Shown here one piece after another: positions 1-11,533 of a stretch of DNA of 64,000 nt. This DNA is from Gammaproteobacteria bacterium (GTDB taxonomy: Bacteria > Pseudomonadota > Gammaproteobacteria > PS1 > Pseudothioglobaceae): positions 12,323-76,322 of the forward strand of contig JAUWPG010000001.1 of NCBI GenBank assembly GCA_030611725.1. Direction: 5' to 3'. The notes beneath the pieces were generated by a model, which was given only the letters and a program-made list of their open reading frames with translations, did not search any database and was not told where the DNA came from. Position 1 is the stretch's first letter; each line of letters begins with the position of its first letter. Made by a program: the position numbers and the translations under genes.

Positions 1-430
1 CGAACCAATATTTTTACATGAGACCGCCATACTTACTGGCATTGAAGGGTTGTTAAGCAATCCATTAAAAAATATTTCTGGGGGTGAGTTACAACGCGTC
101 CTACTCACACGGGCACTACTCAATAAACCCAATGTCTTGATCCTGGATGAACCCGCTCAAAACCTTGATGTGAATGGACAGATGCATTTGTATAAGCTTA
201 TCCAAGACATTCATCATCAACAAGGCTGTGCTGTTCTTATGATTTCGCATGATCTACATCGTGTTATGAAAGAATCTACTCAAGTATTGTGCTTATATCA
301 TCACATTTGTTGCATGGGGAAACCTAAATCTATCTTGCAAGATTCACAATTTAATGATTTATTTGCCGATCAAATGGACGATCTAATGGCGACTTACGAA
401 CACCACCATAATCACTGTCACGAAGATTAA
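1..430 (+). CDS. znuC: Zinc ABC transporter ATP-binding protein ZnuC, 3' portion (5' end lies outside the window)
   Basis: Reading frame is open to the window edge. ABC signature SGGELQR, Walker B LILDEP, H-loop ISHDLH, ZnuC-like HICCMG motif, His-rich tail HHHNHCHED. Confidence 0.8.
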   Translation, partial: EPIFLHETAILTGIEGLLSNPLKNISGGELQRVLLTRALLNKPNVLILDEPAQNLDVNGQMHLYKLIQDIHHQQGCAVLMISHDLHRVMKESTQVLCLYHHICCMGKPKSILQDSQFNDLFADQMDDLMATYEHHHNHCHED

Positions 431-632
431 CCCTAGCCTGCACCATTGAGCAAATATTTTAGCTGAGGCCATCAACTTGACTCGTGCCTTTATCGAAGCA
501 TTTCTTAAATTCACAACCTTATTTCATTAGCAGGTTTATTAATGCATTGATGTGTGTCAATAATGCCATTATGTATTCAGCATCAAAATGTGCCTCTGAT
601 ATAATATTATTTTTTTTATTCATAAAATCAAC

Positions 633-1448
633 ATGAAAGATATTATCGAAACAGCTTTTGAAGACAGAGCTAACCTCAACCCACAAACAGCCAGTACAGA
701 GATCAAACAAGCTGTTTCTGAAGCAATCCGCTTGCTTGATTCTGGTCAAGCGCGTGTTGCAGAGCAACAAAGTGTTGGTAATTGGACAGTTAATGAATGG
801 CTTAAAAAAGCTGTGTTATTGTCTTTCCGACTTGAGGACAATGTCCCAATGGCAGGTGGTTTCACTCAATACTACGACAAAGTGCCTTCAAAATTTGCCA
901 ACCTAACGCCAGAAGAATTTAAAGCAACCGGTGTACGTGTGGTGCCACCAGCCAGTGCTCGACGCGGTTCGTTCATTGCACAAGATACGGTACTGATGCC
1001 GTCGTATGTCAATATTGGTGCTTATGTTGATTCAGGCACTATGGTAGATACTTGGGCAACGGTTGGATCCTGTGCACAAATTGGTAAAAATGTGCACCTT
1101 TCTGGTGGTGTGGGCATTGGTGGCGTATTAGAGCCTTTGCAAGCTAGCCCAACCATTATCGAAGACAATTGCTTTATCGGTGCAAGATCTGAAGTTGTAG
1201 AAGGTGTGATCGTTGAAGAGGGTTCGGTAATCTCAATGGGTGTTTACATTGGTCAGTCAACTAAGATCTTTAATCGTGAAACTGGCGAGGTGACTTATGG
1301 CCGAATCCCAGCAGGCTCTGTTGTGGTTTCGGGCAACTTACCTTCTAAAGATGGCAGTTATTCACTCTACTGTGCAGTAATTGTTAAGCAAGTAGATGCC
1401 AGAACACTTTCTAAAGTTGGTATTAATGAGCTTCTAAGAGGGATTTAA
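633..1448 (+). CDS. dapD: 2,3,4,5-tetrahydropyridine-2,6-dicarboxylate N-succinyltransferase
   Basis: 271 aa. Full-length similarity to DapD, with N-terminal MKDIIE..AFE and hexapeptide-repeat left-handed beta-helix segments ([40 protein letters not shown]). Confidence 0.9.
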   Translation: MKDIIETAFEDRANLNPQTASTEIKQAVSEAIRLLDSGQARVAEQQSVGNWTVNEWLKKAVLLSFRLEDNVPMAGGFTQYYDKVPSKFANLTPEEFKATGVRVVPPASARRGSFIAQDTVLMPSYVNIGAYVDSGTMVDTWATVGSCAQIGKNVHLSGGVGIGGVLEPLQASPTIIEDNCFIGARSEVVEGVIVEEGSVISMGVYIGQSTKIFNRETGEVTYGRIPAGSVVVSGNLPSKDGSYSLYCAVIVKQVDARTLSKVGINELLRGI

Positions 1449-1464
1449 TTTATCATTAAAACTA

Positions 1465-1490
1465 AAAAACCCGCCTTTCGGCGGGTTTTT
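1465..1490. terminator. Bidirectional rho-independent terminator between convergent dapD and the small membrane gene
   Basis: aaaaacccgcc-tttc-ggcgggttttt: GC-rich stem flanked by an A-run and a T-run. Confidence 0.7.
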
Positions 1491-1508
1491 ATTGGTATTT
1501 ATGTGTTA

Positions 1509-1730
1509 CTAGTCGCGTGTAAACAAAGAATAGATAACAGCAATTGCAGCTAAACCAACCAGGCCATTTGCGCCTAATTGTGCAACAATTCCAGTAATAG
1601 ATCCAATTATATCACCACCAATAAATGGAACGGTAGCGCCAAAAATCACTTGCAATACAATTGCTAATGCGATTAATGCCAAACCAGCTTCTGTTAACTT
1701 CTTGAATGAACCGATAATAGTATCAAACAT
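1509..1730 (-). CDS. Small Gly-rich two-TM membrane protein, function unknown
   Basis: 73 aa, hydrophobic with GxxxG-like motifs. GAGAGGAAA Shine-Dalgarno (SD) about 6 nt upstream of the ATG; terminator downstream. Confidence 0.55.
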   Translation of the reverse strand: MFDTIIGSFKKLTEAGLALIALAIVLQVIFGATVPFIGGDIIGSITGIVAQLGANGLVGLAAIAVIYSLFTRD

Positions 1731-1893
1731 AATTTCCTCTCTTTAGTTATAAAAACCCCAACACCGTTGTTGGTTATTAACTTTTTACCCCAAATCATAC
1801 ACTTGTCAAGTTTTATCGATGAAATAATACCTAAAATTGATTAAAAACAAGACAAAATATAAAAATATTTACATTTATGCAACATTAAGACCC

Positions 1894-2736
1894 CTATGTA
1901 GCAAGCTGGGCCGCAATTCCGATGAAAATAACCATGCCAATGAAATTGTTATGCAAAAAAGCTCGAAAGCAGTCTGTTTTCTCTCTATTTTTGATCAAAT
2001 TTTGATGATAAATCATTAAAAATGCACTCAAAATAACTGAAACATCATAAAAAATACCCAACTTGAAAATTTCTGAAATTTTAAAAAACACCAATAATAA
2101 ACAAATTTGTAACAATCCAATGATCAATTTATCATACTTTGCAAATAAAACCGCTGTGGATTTCACCCCAATTTTTAAATCTTCTTCACGATCTGCCATG
2201 GCATACATAGTGTCATAAATCACTGTCCAAATAACCGTTGCAGCAAATACCCACCACATTGAGTCAGGCACATGGCCATTTGTTGCAGAAAAAGCCATTG
2301 GTACACTCATGGCGAACGCTAGGCCTAATACGAATTGAGGCAAGTGCGTCCAACGTTTGGTAAATGGATACAAGGTTGCCAAGCCAGCTGCAACGAATGC
2401 CAGCTGAATAGTTAGCACATTGGTCATTAATACCAGGCCAAAAGCAGTGGCCATTAAAACAAAAAATACCACCAAGGCAGACTTGCTGCTGATTTCATCC
2501 GCAGCAATGGGCCGATGTTGCGTACGCTCAATTAATTTGTCAATTTTACGATCAGCATAGTCATTGATAACACAGCCCGCTGAACGCATAATACCCACAC
2601 CTAAAATGAAAATGACCAGCAACTCTATTCGAGGCCATCCATCTGCGGCTAAAAATAGCGCCCATAACGTTGGCCACAACAGCAAATAAATGCCGATCGG
2701 TTTATCAAGGCGCATGAGACGAAAATATGCATTCAT
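1894..2736 (-). CDS. ubiA: 4-hydroxybenzoate polyprenyltransferase
   Basis: 280 aa polytopic membrane protein. UbiA motifs NDYADRKID and DxxxD-like YAMADREED. Confidence 0.85.
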   Translation of the reverse strand: MNAYFRLMRLDKPIGIYLLLWPTLWALFLAADGWPRIELLVIFILGVGIMRSAGCVINDYADRKIDKLIERTQHRPIAADEISSKSALVVFFVLMATAFGLVLMTNVLTIQLAFVAAGLATLYPFTKRWTHLPQFVLGLAFAMSVPMAFSATNGHVPDSMWWVFAATVIWTVIYDTMYAMADREEDLKIGVKSTAVLFAKYDKLIIGLLQICLLLVFFKISEIFKLGIFYDVSVILSAFLMIYHQNLIKNREKTDCFRAFLHNNFIGMVIFIGIAAQLAT

Positions 2737-3644
2737 AATTGGTCTAAAAAATCTTGTAAATCTTTTGTCAAAGGTGCTTGTACTTTTTGAATCTCGTTGG
2801 TCAATGGATTGGTGAATGTTAACTGATGTGCATGTAAAAATAAACGCTTCAAACCTTTTGTTTTTATCTCGGCATCGAAACTTGGATCACCATACTTATC
2901 ATCACCCGCAATGGGGTGGCCTGCATATTTCGCATGAGCACGTATTTGATGCGTGCGTCCGGTCTCAATTAAGACCTCGACCAATGAAGCCTCAAAATCC
3001 TGTTGATGAAAATTCTTCAGTGGCTGAAAATGACTAATCGCCTCTTTTCCCTTGGCGTCAACCACAGTGCATCTTGAGTTTTGATACAATGGCGCATCAA
3101 TAGTGTGACGCTTTTTTGACCATGTACCCTTAACCAATGCCGTGTAGCGTTTTTCCATTTGATGTTGACTTAGCTGCTCATGTAGATTTTTTAACACACT
3201 GCGTTTTTTTGCAATAAGCAATATGCCCGAGGTTGCTCGATCTAATCTGTGTACTAATTCAACCGGATCTTTATACATGTTTCGTAAAGCTTCGATCACA
3301 CCAATGGTTACGCCACTACCGCTGTGCACTGCCAAACCACTTGGCTTATTAATGATCAGCAGACCTTTGTCTTCATACAAAATCGAATCATTCAATAACT
3401 GCTTAAGACTGTCTGAAGCCGTAACTTGGCTAGATTCTGAAACACGAATTGGAGGAATACGGACCACGTCATCCAGTTGTAATTTGTATTCTGCTTTTTT
3501 TCGACCTTTGTTTACTCGTACTTCGCCTTTGCGAATCACTCGATAAATATGCGACTTTGGTACGCCTTTTAAATGCTTTAACAAATAATTATCCAGGCGT
3601 TGCCCTTCTGAAAATTCATCGACGGTTTGAAAGCTAACACTCAT
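2733..3644 (-). CDS. rluC: 23S rRNA pseudouridine synthase, RluC-like (RluA family)
   Basis: 303 aa. N-terminal S4 domain, catalytic HRLDRATSGILLIAKK, C-terminal GRTHQIRAH. Confidence 0.8.
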   Translation of the reverse strand: MSVSFQTVDEFSEGQRLDNYLLKHLKGVPKSHIYRVIRKGEVRVNKGRKKAEYKLQLDDVVRIPPIRVSESSQVTASDSLKQLLNDSILYEDKGLLIINKPSGLAVHSGSGVTIGVIEALRNMYKDPVELVHRLDRATSGILLIAKKRSVLKNLHEQLSQHQMEKRYTALVKGTWSKKRHTIDAPLYQNSRCTVVDAKGKEAISHFQPLKNFHQQDFEASLVEVLIETGRTHQIRAHAKYAGHPIAGDDKYGDPSFDAEIKTKGLKRLFLHAHQLTFTNPLTNEIQKVQAPLTKDLQDFLDQL

Positions 3645-4411
3645 AAAGAAAAAAGTTTTTTGAAATTATTCGTGGTCGTGTCAGCAATATCATTAATACT
3701 GACCCCACGTATCTCGGCTAATTTTTCGGCCACATAATAAGTGTAAGCTGGTGAATTTGGTCTACCACGATAAGGCACGGGGGTTAAATAAGGCGAGTCT
3801 GTTTCGATCAATAAGCGATCAGCCGGAACTTTCTTGGCTACTTCACGTAAATCAGATGCGCTCTTAAAAGTTATGATGCCGGAAAAAGAAATATAAAATC
3901 CCAAGTCTAGCGCTGCCTTAGCAGTCTCCCAATCTTCAGAAAAACAATGCATAACACCCGCACGCGCTTGTTCCTCTTGCATAATTTTTATTGTATCGGC
4001 TTTGGCATCGCGGGTATGGATAATCATCGGCTTTCCTGATTGATTAGAAGCAGCGATATGACGCTTAAAGCGATCACGCTGCCAATCAGCACCGTCCTTC
4101 TTGACGTGGAAATAATCTAATCCCGTTTCACCAATGGCAATAATTTTATCATGGTTGGCAAGTTTAAGCAGTTCATCAATACTCGGATCTTTACCTTCTT
4201 GTTCCACTGGGTGCACGCCTACTGAAGCATAAATTTTCTTGTGTGCTTTTGCCAAAGAGAATACATCATCAAAGTGCTCAAGATCAATACAAACACATAA
4301 GAATTCTTCTACTGAAAATTCTTTCGCATGATTTAGCATACTTTCAATGCTGCCACCGAATTGCGCTAAATCAACGCGATCAATATGGCAATGGGAGTCG
4401 ATAATTTTCAT
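3641..4411 (-). CDS. TatD/YcfH-family metal-dependent hydrolase
   Basis: 256 aa. DSHCHID start motif, IGETGLDY, MIIHTRDA, ETDSPYL. Confidence 0.85.
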   Translation of the reverse strand: MKIIDSHCHIDRVDLAQFGGSIESMLNHAKEFSVEEFLCVCIDLEHFDDVFSLAKAHKKIYASVGVHPVEQEGKDPSIDELLKLANHDKIIAIGETGLDYFHVKKDGADWQRDRFKRHIAASNQSGKPMIIHTRDAKADTIKIMQEEQARAGVMHCFSEDWETAKAALDLGFYISFSGIITFKSASDLREVAKKVPADRLLIETDSPYLTPVPYRGRPNSPAYTYYVAEKLAEIRGVSINDIADTTTNNFKKLFSL

Positions 4412-5175
4412 AAGCCTATTTTTTTAAGAAAGTCTCTGGCTTTATCATCCAGCTTATCTTTGAGACCTTCTAATTCTCCTTTAAGTTGTCGACGAATACC
4501 TTCTTTGATTTCTTTTTCGCTCAATTTTAAGCCTTTATTTTCAACTTCATCTTCGATTCTTCGTAAAGCCAACTTCATTAATTCTACACCAACCAGACTC
4601 ACTGGAATGCCTTGAGGTGAGCCAAAATAGCCAATCACAACGTCAGGGACTTCAACAGTTTCTTTAAGCCACTGGGTGTCAATCTTCAGCTGAGTATTAA
4701 TAAACCTCAACTCATTAATTACTACCCTAGCCTCAGACGAGGCAGCACTGTTGCTCGGTTTATTTATTGCCACTTGTTGAGTTGAGTCATTTAATGTTGA
4801 CTTTAGATTTTTAAGTAATGTGACTAAATTCACTTGTTTGTTGTTTTGCTCTAACGTAAATAACAACCCATTAAATTCTAAATGATCTAACACAATCAAC
4901 TCATCGTTGCTTTTTGGGTTAATAATCGCGCTCATATGATTAAGTACAAAAGCATTTTTATTCTTAAAGATTTTTGGATTTTTTACTTCGATAAAATCCA
5001 TGTTGATTTTTCCAGTAGACAACTCGCTTCTAAATTCAGTAATACTGACCGGTGTTTTTAGTGCTTGCTCTACATAGTTCTCAATGACACCTTTAATAAT
5101 GCCATCAAAGAATAAAGCCATTACACCGATGACAATTACAACAAGTGCAAATAAGTAGATTAGTATTTTTTTCAT
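4408..5175 (-). CDS. Hypothetical membrane-anchored protein with a charged coiled-coil C-terminus
   Basis: 255 aa. N-terminal TM helix. 4-nt ATGA overlaps with both neighbours. No family recognised. Confidence 0.6.
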   Translation of the reverse strand: MKKILIYLFALVVIVIGVMALFFDGIIKGVIENYVEQALKTPVSITEFRSELSTGKINMDFIEVKNPKIFKNKNAFVLNHMSAIINPKSNDELIVLDHLEFNGLLFTLEQNNKQVNLVTLLKNLKSTLNDSTQQVAINKPSNSAASSEARVVINELRFINTQLKIDTQWLKETVEVPDVVIGYFGSPQGIPVSLVGVELMKLALRRIEDEVENKGLKLSEKEIKEGIRRQLKGELEGLKDKLDDKARDFLKKIGL

Positions 5176-5792
5176 GCTTGCCCTAATTGTATTTCTAATA
5201 AAAATCGATCATCTGATACACCAGGCACATTAATTTGGTGTGGCGTCATTAACACACCCTGAATGCCTTCTTGTAAAAAATGATCACCTTTCATCAGCAG
5301 ATAACGCCCATTATCACACAATAAATGTCGAGTGAGTTTTAATGTTTTATCAACATCAGCAAAGGCTCTTGAGGTAATTTGCCCAAAACATCTGACTGGC
5401 TTGAAATTTTCAACGCGCTGATTAATCACACTGAGATTATCAAGTTGTAGTTGGGTTTTGGCAAACTGCATAAATCGGCATTTTTTACCAACACTGTCAA
5501 GTACACTCACCAACAACATTGGTTTCATAATCGCCAGAACAATACCTGGTAGACCCGCACCTGCGCCTACATCTAGTAAAGGCTCATTGTCAATATAAGG
5601 CAGGATTGACAAACTATCGAGCAAGTGTTTTTTAACCCCAGACTGCGGATCTCGGATGGCGCTAAGATTGTAGGTCTTATTCCACTTAATCATCAATTTA
5701 AGGTAATTAAGTAGTTTATCGCATTGCAATTCACTTAACGACAAATTCATTTCTTCAGCACCGCTAAGCAAAGTTTGCCGAAGCTCACTCAT
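5172..5792 (-). CDS. rsmG: 16S rRNA (guanine527-N7)-methyltransferase
   Basis: 206 aa. SAM motif [12 protein letters not shown]. Classic position downstream of mnmG. Confidence 0.9.
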   Translation of the reverse strand: MSELRQTLLSGAEEMNLSLSELQCDKLLNYLKLMIKWNKTYNLSAIRDPQSGVKKHLLDSLSILPYIDNEPLLDVGAGAGLPGIVLAIMKPMLLVSVLDSVGKKCRFMQFAKTQLQLDNLSVINQRVENFKPVRCFGQITSRAFADVDKTLKLTRHLLCDNGRYLLMKGDHFLQEGIQGVLMTPHQINVPGVSDDRFLLEIQLGQA

Positions 5793-7660
5793 AAAACTGC
5801 TTTGTATGTTTTTAGATAAACCAATAAAATAGAAATAGAGGCTGGTGTCACACCTTGGATACGGCTAGCTTGGCCAATGGTTTCTGGCCGATGAGTGTTT
5901 AACTTTTGTCGTACCTCTGCCGAAAGTGCTTGAATAGTATCATAGTCCATCAACTCTGGTAGGCGTGTGTTTTCATTCTTTCGGTACTTTTCAATCTCAC
6001 CGAGTTGGCGTTTAATATAACCCTCGTACTTCACTTGATTTTCTACTTGTTCTATTTGAATACGATCTTGTAAAAAAGGCTGAGCTGATTCGATTTGACT
6101 GAGTAATTGGTAATCGACTTTAGGTCGTTTTAACAACGTTTCTAGATTGTACTCGTGGTTGAGCTTAGTGCCCAAAACTTCACTTGCCTGTTGGTCATCA
6201 GCCTGCACCCAGGTGGTTTTTAAGCGTTGTTTTTCTTTAGAAATTAAATCATACTTTTGCTCGAATGCTTGCCAACGATCATCATCAATCAAACCCAACT
6301 CTCTGGCTTTTGGTGTTAGACGTTCATCGGCGTTGTCTTCACGTAAAAGTAGTCGATATTCAGCTCTAGAAGTAAACATGCGATACGGCTCATTAGTACC
6401 CTTGGTAACTAGGTCATCCACCATTACACCAATATAACTCTCGTCACGCTTGGGATGCCATGGATCTTTTCCTTGGACAGAACAAGCAGCATTAACACCC
6501 GCCAATAAACCTTGGGCTGCAGCTTCTTCATAACCAGTTGTGCCATTAATTTGCCCGGCAAAATACAAACCGGCTATTCTCTTAACCTCAAGTGTTTGTC
6601 TTAAACCTCGTGGATCGAAAAAATCATATTCAATCGCATATCCTGGGCGAATAATTTGCGCATTCTCAAAGCCTTTAATTGAATGAATAAAATCGACTTG
6701 CACTTCATATGGCAATGATGTTGATACACCATTTGGGTACACCTCATTAGTGGTTAAGCCTTCAGGTTCAACAAAAATCTGATGCGAATCACGCTCGGCA
6801 AAACGCACTACCTTGTCTTCAATCGATGGACAATATCGTGGGCCGATACCTTCGATATTACCGGTATACATTGGTGAATCTTTCAAGCCTTTACGAATAA
6901 AATCATGGGTTTTTTCATTGGTATGGGTAATATAACAAGGGATCTGCTCAGGATGATCTGTCAATTTCCCCATAAAAGAAAATGTTGGTAATGGTGTGTC
7001 GCCAGGCTGTTTTTGTAAGGCGCTAAAGTCAATCGTACGTCCATCAAGCCTTGGCGGTGTGCCTGTTTTTAATCGCCCCACACCGAGGTCATAAGACCTT
7101 AGCTTTCTTGATAGAGGGTTAGACGGTGCATCACCGGCGCGACCCCCTTGATAATTAGATTGTCCAATATGAATCACTCCCCCTAAAAATGTGCCTGAAG
7201 TTAAGACGACTTTATCAGCATAAAAATTCAAGCCCATCTGAGTTTTTATGCCTTTGATCACATCATTCTCAATAATGAGATCATCGACCGCTTGTTGAAA
7301 CAATGATAAATTCTCTTGATTCTCTAAGATATAACGAATCGCCGCTTTATACAATACACGATCCGCTTGTGCTCGTGTTGCACGCACAGCGGGGCCTTTT
7401 GAAGAATTTAAGGTTCTAAATTGAATACCAGCTTGGTCAATAGCAGTTGCCATCGCACCACCCATGGCATCAATTTCTTTGACTAAATGACCCTTGCCAA
7501 TACCGCCAATCGCAGGGTTACAGCTCATTTGCCCAAGCGTTTCAATATTGTGTGTAATCAATAAAGTATTCACACCCATACGTGCAGAAGCCAAGGCGGC
7601 TTCGGTGCCGGCATGGCCGCCGCCAATCACAATGACTGAATAATACTTATTGATTTGCAT
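5789..7660 (-). CDS. mnmG: tRNA uridine 5-carboxymethylaminomethyl modification enzyme
   Basis: 623 aa. FAD motif [14 protein letters not shown]. Strongly conserved GidA blocks throughout. Confidence 0.95.
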   Translation of the reverse strand: MQINKYYSVIVIGGGHAGTEAALASARMGVNTLLITHNIETLGQMSCNPAIGGIGKGHLVKEIDAMGGAMATAIDQAGIQFRTLNSSKGPAVRATRAQADRVLYKAAIRYILENQENLSLFQQAVDDLIIENDVIKGIKTQMGLNFYADKVVLTSGTFLGGVIHIGQSNYQGGRAGDAPSNPLSRKLRSYDLGVGRLKTGTPPRLDGRTIDFSALQKQPGDTPLPTFSFMGKLTDHPEQIPCYITHTNEKTHDFIRKGLKDSPMYTGNIEGIGPRYCPSIEDKVVRFAERDSHQIFVEPEGLTTNEVYPNGVSTSLPYEVQVDFIHSIKGFENAQIIRPGYAIEYDFFDPRGLRQTLEVKRIAGLYFAGQINGTTGYEEAAAQGLLAGVNAACSVQGKDPWHPKRDESYIGVMVDDLVTKGTNEPYRMFTSRAEYRLLLREDNADERLTPKARELGLIDDDRWQAFEQKYDLISKEKQRLKTTWVQADDQQASEVLGTKLNHEYNLETLLKRPKVDYQLLSQIESAQPFLQDRIQIEQVENQVKYEGYIKRQLGEIEKYRKNENTRLPELMDYDTIQALSAEVRQKLNTHRPETIGQASRIQGVTPASISILLVYLKTYKAVL

Positions 7661-7685
7661 AATTTATTGTATCACCTGAAAACAA

Positions 7686-7713
7686 AAAAGGCCCGTTATA
7701 AAAACGAGCCTTT
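7686..7713 (-). terminator. Rho-independent terminator after fba
   Basis: Minus strand reads aaaggctcgtt-tttat-aacgggccttt followed by tttgtttt. Confidence 0.6.
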
Positions 7714-7733
7714 CAAGCTTGGTGTTTAGATGC

Positions 7734-8795
7734 TTACTTAATGTTAGCGTCTAACTCACCTGAAGCATATCTTTGGCTCATTGTGTCTAATGAAGATACT
7801 TTGATTTTATCTGCATTACCTGCAGAACCAAACGCTTCAAAACGTGCTGCACAAATAGCAGACATTGCTGCTGTTGAATCTTTTAAGAATTTACGTGGAT
7901 CGAAGTTTGATGTGTTTTCAATCAAATGCTTACGAACTGCACCCGTTGAAGCCATACGTAAATCTGTATCAATGTTTACTTTACGCACACCATTCTTGAT
8001 GCCTTCTTGAATTTCTTCAACTGGCACACCATAAGTTTGGCCCATATCGCCACCATGCGAGTTGATGATTTCTAACCATTCTTGTGGTACTGATGATGAA
8101 CCATGCATTACTAAGTGGGTATTTGGTAAACGTGCATGAATTTCTTTAATGCGATCAATTCGTAATACATCGCCTGTAGGTTCTGCAGTAAATTTGTACG
8201 CACCGTGTGAAGTACCAATCGCGATTGCCAATGCGTCAACGTTTGTTGCTTTTACAAAATCAGCCGCTTCTTCAACAGAAGTTAATAACATATCAAGATT
8301 TAATTTTCCTTCAGCGCCATGACCATCTTCTTCACCCATCATGCCAGTTTCTAACGAACCTAAACAACCCAGTTCGCCCTCTACTGATACACCACCTGCA
8401 TGTGCCATTTTTACAACTTCGGCAGTGACTGCAACGTTGTACTCAAAACTTGCTGGTGTTTTCATATCAGCTTCTAAAGAGCCATCCATCATTACTGATG
8501 AGAAACCTGATTGAATTGAACGTAAACAAATGTCTGGCTCAGAACCATGGTCCTGGTGCATTACCACTGGAATGTGTGGATACATCTCAGTCGCTGCAAT
8601 AATTAGGTGACGTAAAAATGGTTCACCTGCATAAGAACGCGCACCTGCAGAACCTTGCATGATTACTGGGCTGTTGGTTTTGTCAGCTGCTTGCATGATC
8701 GCATGAACTTGCTCCATGTTGTTAACGTTAAACGCAGGCATACCGTAACCATTTTCTGCTGCGTGATCTAGTAATTCTCTTAATGAAATTATCAT
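7734..8795 (-). CDS. fba: Class II fructose-bisphosphate aldolase (Calvin-cycle/CbbA-like 354-aa subtype)
   Basis: 353 aa. [33 protein letters not shown]. Confidence 0.9.
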   Translation of the reverse strand: MIISLRELLDHAAENGYGMPAFNVNNMEQVHAIMQAADKTNSPVIMQGSAGARSYAGEPFLRHLIIAATEMYPHIPVVMHQDHGSEPDICLRSIQSGFSSVMMDGSLEADMKTPASFEYNVAVTAEVVKMAHAGGVSVEGELGCLGSLETGMMGEEDGHGAEGKLNLDMLLTSVEEAADFVKATNVDALAIAIGTSHGAYKFTAEPTGDVLRIDRIKEIHARLPNTHLVMHGSSSVPQEWLEIINSHGGDMGQTYGVPVEEIQEGIKNGVRKVNIDTDLRMASTGAVRKHLIENTSNFDPRKFLKDSTAAMSAICAARFEAFGSAGNADKIKVSSLDTMSQRYASGELDANIK

Positions 8796-8899
8796 ATATT
8801 TACTCCTTTCTTGTTTTACTTAAAAAGAAAATGTTTATTTTTAATTAAACATCCGCCTAAATCTTAGTGTTGCTTACTTGTCTTTCTTTTCTTACTATT

Positions 8900-10348
8900 T
8901 TAATAATTGGAATCGCCAACACGAAGAACCTTCATCATGTTGGTTCCGCCCGATTTATCCTTATACATACCCTTGGTCAATACTACCAAATCTCCATTTG
9001 CTACAACCTCGTTTTTTGTCAGTGTTTCGATCACTATTTCATTGACTTGAGACCAGTCGTTGGCATTTGATTTTTCAATACCGCATGGATAAACACCACG
9101 ATACAATGTTACTTTACGCAATGTCTGAACATTATCACTCATTGCAAAAATTGAAATATTCGAGCTCATTCTTGACATCCACATTGCTGTCTTTCCTGTT
9201 TCTGTAAGCGCCGCCACTACTTTTACACCTAAGTGGTTGGCTGCATACATAGAGCTCATTGCAATAGTTTCGTCAATATCTTTAAAATGTTCATGAAGCC
9301 TGTGATGCGAAGTTTTTGCAATAGGATTTTTCTCAGTCTCTAAACAAACATCATGCATAGTCTTTACTGCATTTTCAGGGTAATCACCTGCTGCTGTTTC
9401 TGCTGAAAGCATAACTGCATCAGTGCCATCAAGTACAGCGTTGGCTACGTCAAATACTTCTGCACGTGTTGGAATAGGGTTCTTAATCATTGATTCAAGC
9501 ATCTGAGTCGCAGTAATAACAATACGATCGTTCGATCTAGCAAGTTTGATTAGTCTTTTTTGTTGTGCTGGTAATTGAGCATCACCAATTTCAACGCCCA
9601 AATCACCACGAGCCACCATAATGCCGGCCGATTCTTTAATAATGTCTAAAATGGTTTCTTCAACCAATGATTCAGCGCGTTCAATTTTTGAAATGACACC
9701 GGCATGTGCGCCTGCTGCTGCCAACAAAGCTTTAGTTTCACGTACATCATCGCCATTCACTGTGAATGATAATGCCACATAGTCAGCTTTGGCTTTGGCT
9801 GCAATTAAAATGTCTTTTTTGTCTTTTTCGGTTAACGCATTGGCCGATAAACCGCCGCCACGAAGGTTGATGCCTTTTTTGTCGGACAAAGCACCGCCTT
9901 GCGTTACTATAGTATGGATTTTATTGCCTTTAATACTGGTTACTTCCATAACAAGCTTGCCATCGTCTAGCAATAACACGTTGCCTGGTTCAACTTCTTG
10001 AGGTAGGGTTTTGTAAGCAATACCAACAGCGCTCTGATTGCCAGAATTTTCATCAAGATCAGCATCTAATGTAAAAACATCGCCATTATTGAGTTGAATT
10101 TTTATGCCATCCTTGAATGAAGCAATGCGAATTTTAGGGCCTTGCAGATCCATTAAAACACCCACATAGGTGTTATTGGCTTGTGCCCATTTACGCACTG
10201 CTTTAACCCTACCTAAATGCTCTTCTTCTGATCCATGTGAGAAGTTAATGCGAACCACGTTCACCCCTGCAGCTAGAATACTCTCTAAGACGCCTTCTTT
10301 ATCCGTTGCCGGACCGAGTGTTGCTAATATTTTGGTTCTTCTTGCCAA
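8900..10348 (-). CDS. pyk: Pyruvate kinase
   Basis: 482 aa. TKILATLGPA, RINFSHG, MVARGDLGVEI. Confidence 0.9.
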   Translation of the reverse strand: MARRTKILATLGPATDKEGVLESILAAGVNVVRINFSHGSEEEHLGRVKAVRKWAQANNTYVGVLMDLQGPKIRIASFKDGIKIQLNNGDVFTLDADLDENSGNQSAVGIAYKTLPQEVEPGNVLLLDDGKLVMEVTSIKGNKIHTIVTQGGALSDKKGINLRGGGLSANALTEKDKKDILIAAKAKADYVALSFTVNGDDVRETKALLAAAGAHAGVISKIERAESLVEETILDIIKESAGIMVARGDLGVEIGDAQLPAQQKRLIKLARSNDRIVITATQMLESMIKNPIPTRAEVFDVANAVLDGTDAVMLSAETAAGDYPENAVKTMHDVCLETEKNPIAKTSHHRLHEHFKDIDETIAMSSMYAANHLGVKVVAALTETGKTAMWMSRMSSNISIFAMSDNVQTLRKVTLYRGVYPCGIEKSNANDWSQVNEIVIETLTKNEVVANGDLVVLTKGMYKDKSGGTNMMKVLRVGDSNY

Positions 10349-10351
10349 GTA

Positions 10352-11515
10352 TTACTCCGCTGCTCTTTGTTCTAAAATTTCCACGGCTGGTAATTTCTTA
10401 CCTTCTAAAAACTCTAAGAATGCACCGCCGCCAGTTGAAATGTAACTAATCTTGTCTTCAATATTGTATTTATCCACTGCTGCCAATGTATCACCGCCAC
10501 CTGCAATTGAAAATGCATCAGAATTTGCAATAGCCATGGCCAGTGTTTTAGTGCCGCCTTCAAACTGATCAAATTCAAATACGCCAACTGGACCGTTCCA
10601 AACAATTGTACCTGCATTTTTCATAATCTCTGCTAATTCAGTCGCTGAATTTGGGCCAATATCAAAAATCATATCATCGTCTACTACTGCATCAGATGCC
10701 TTAGTTTCTGCTGGCGTTGACTCTGAGAATTCTTTTCCACAAACCACATCTGTTGGTACTGGGATTTCACAATCTTCCATTAACTTTTTTGCTGTAGGAA
10801 TTAGATCGTCTTCGCAAAGTGATTTACCTATGTTATGGCCTTGAGCTGCAATGAATGTATTGGCAATACCACCACCAACAACCAGCTGGTCAACAATCTT
10901 AGACAAAGATTCTAAAACGGTTAGTTTGGTTGATACTTTAGAACCACCAACGATTGCAACCATCGGACGTTTAGGGTTGTCTAGCGCCTTACCCAGTGCC
11001 TCTAATTCACCTGATAATAATGGACCAGAACAAGCAATTGGTGCATATTTAGCCACACCATGGGTTGACGCTTGTGCACGATGCGCTGTACCAAAGGCAT
11101 CCATGGCAAAAATATCACACATCGCTGCCATCCGCTTAGAAAGCTCATCGTCATTTGACATTTCACCTTTATTAAAACGAACGTTCTCACAAAGCACGAC
11201 TTCGCCATCCTTCATGTCAACGCCGTCTAACCAATTGGTTTCTAAGCGTATAGTAACACCCAATAACTCTGTTAAACGATCAGCAACAGGTTGTAATGTG
11301 AATTCATCGTTTGCTTCACCTTCAACAGGGCGACCACAATGTGACATTAACATAACTTTAGCGCCTTGTTTCATCGCCATTTCAATCGTTGGTAATGAAG
11401 CTTTAATTCGCTTGTCACTAGTGACCACGCCATCTTTAATTGGCACGTTAAGATCCTGGCGGATAAGTACTCTTTTTGAGCTTAAATCTAAATCTGATAA
11501 ATTAATAACTGACAT
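10352..11515 (-). CDS. pgk: Phosphoglycerate kinase
   Basis: 387 aa. [33 protein letters not shown]. Confidence 0.95.
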   Translation of the reverse strand: MSVINLSDLDLSSKRVLIRQDLNVPIKDGVVTSDKRIKASLPTIEMAMKQGAKVMLMSHCGRPVEGEANDEFTLQPVADRLTELLGVTIRLETNWLDGVDMKDGEVVLCENVRFNKGEMSNDDELSKRMAAMCDIFAMDAFGTAHRAQASTHGVAKYAPIACSGPLLSGELEALGKALDNPKRPMVAIVGGSKVSTKLTVLESLSKIVDQLVVGGGIANTFIAAQGHNIGKSLCEDDLIPTAKKLMEDCEIPVPTDVVCGKEFSESTPAETKASDAVVDDDMIFDIGPNSATELAEIMKNAGTIVWNGPVGVFEFDQFEGGTKTLAMAIANSDAFSIAGGGDTLAAVDKYNIEDKISYISTGGGAFLEFLEGKKLPAVEILEQRAAE

Positions 11516-11533
11516 AATAATTCTCCTACTTAT

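Noticed and set aside
519-770. 83-aa minus-strand ORF spanning the dapD start
   Set aside because: It overlaps the dapD promoter and start region on the opposite strand, with no SD and no recognisable motif.
7661-7733. oriC next to mnmG
   Set aside because: Only 73 nt are available and they are occupied by the fba terminator hairpin. No DnaA-box cluster or AT-rich 13-mers are visible.
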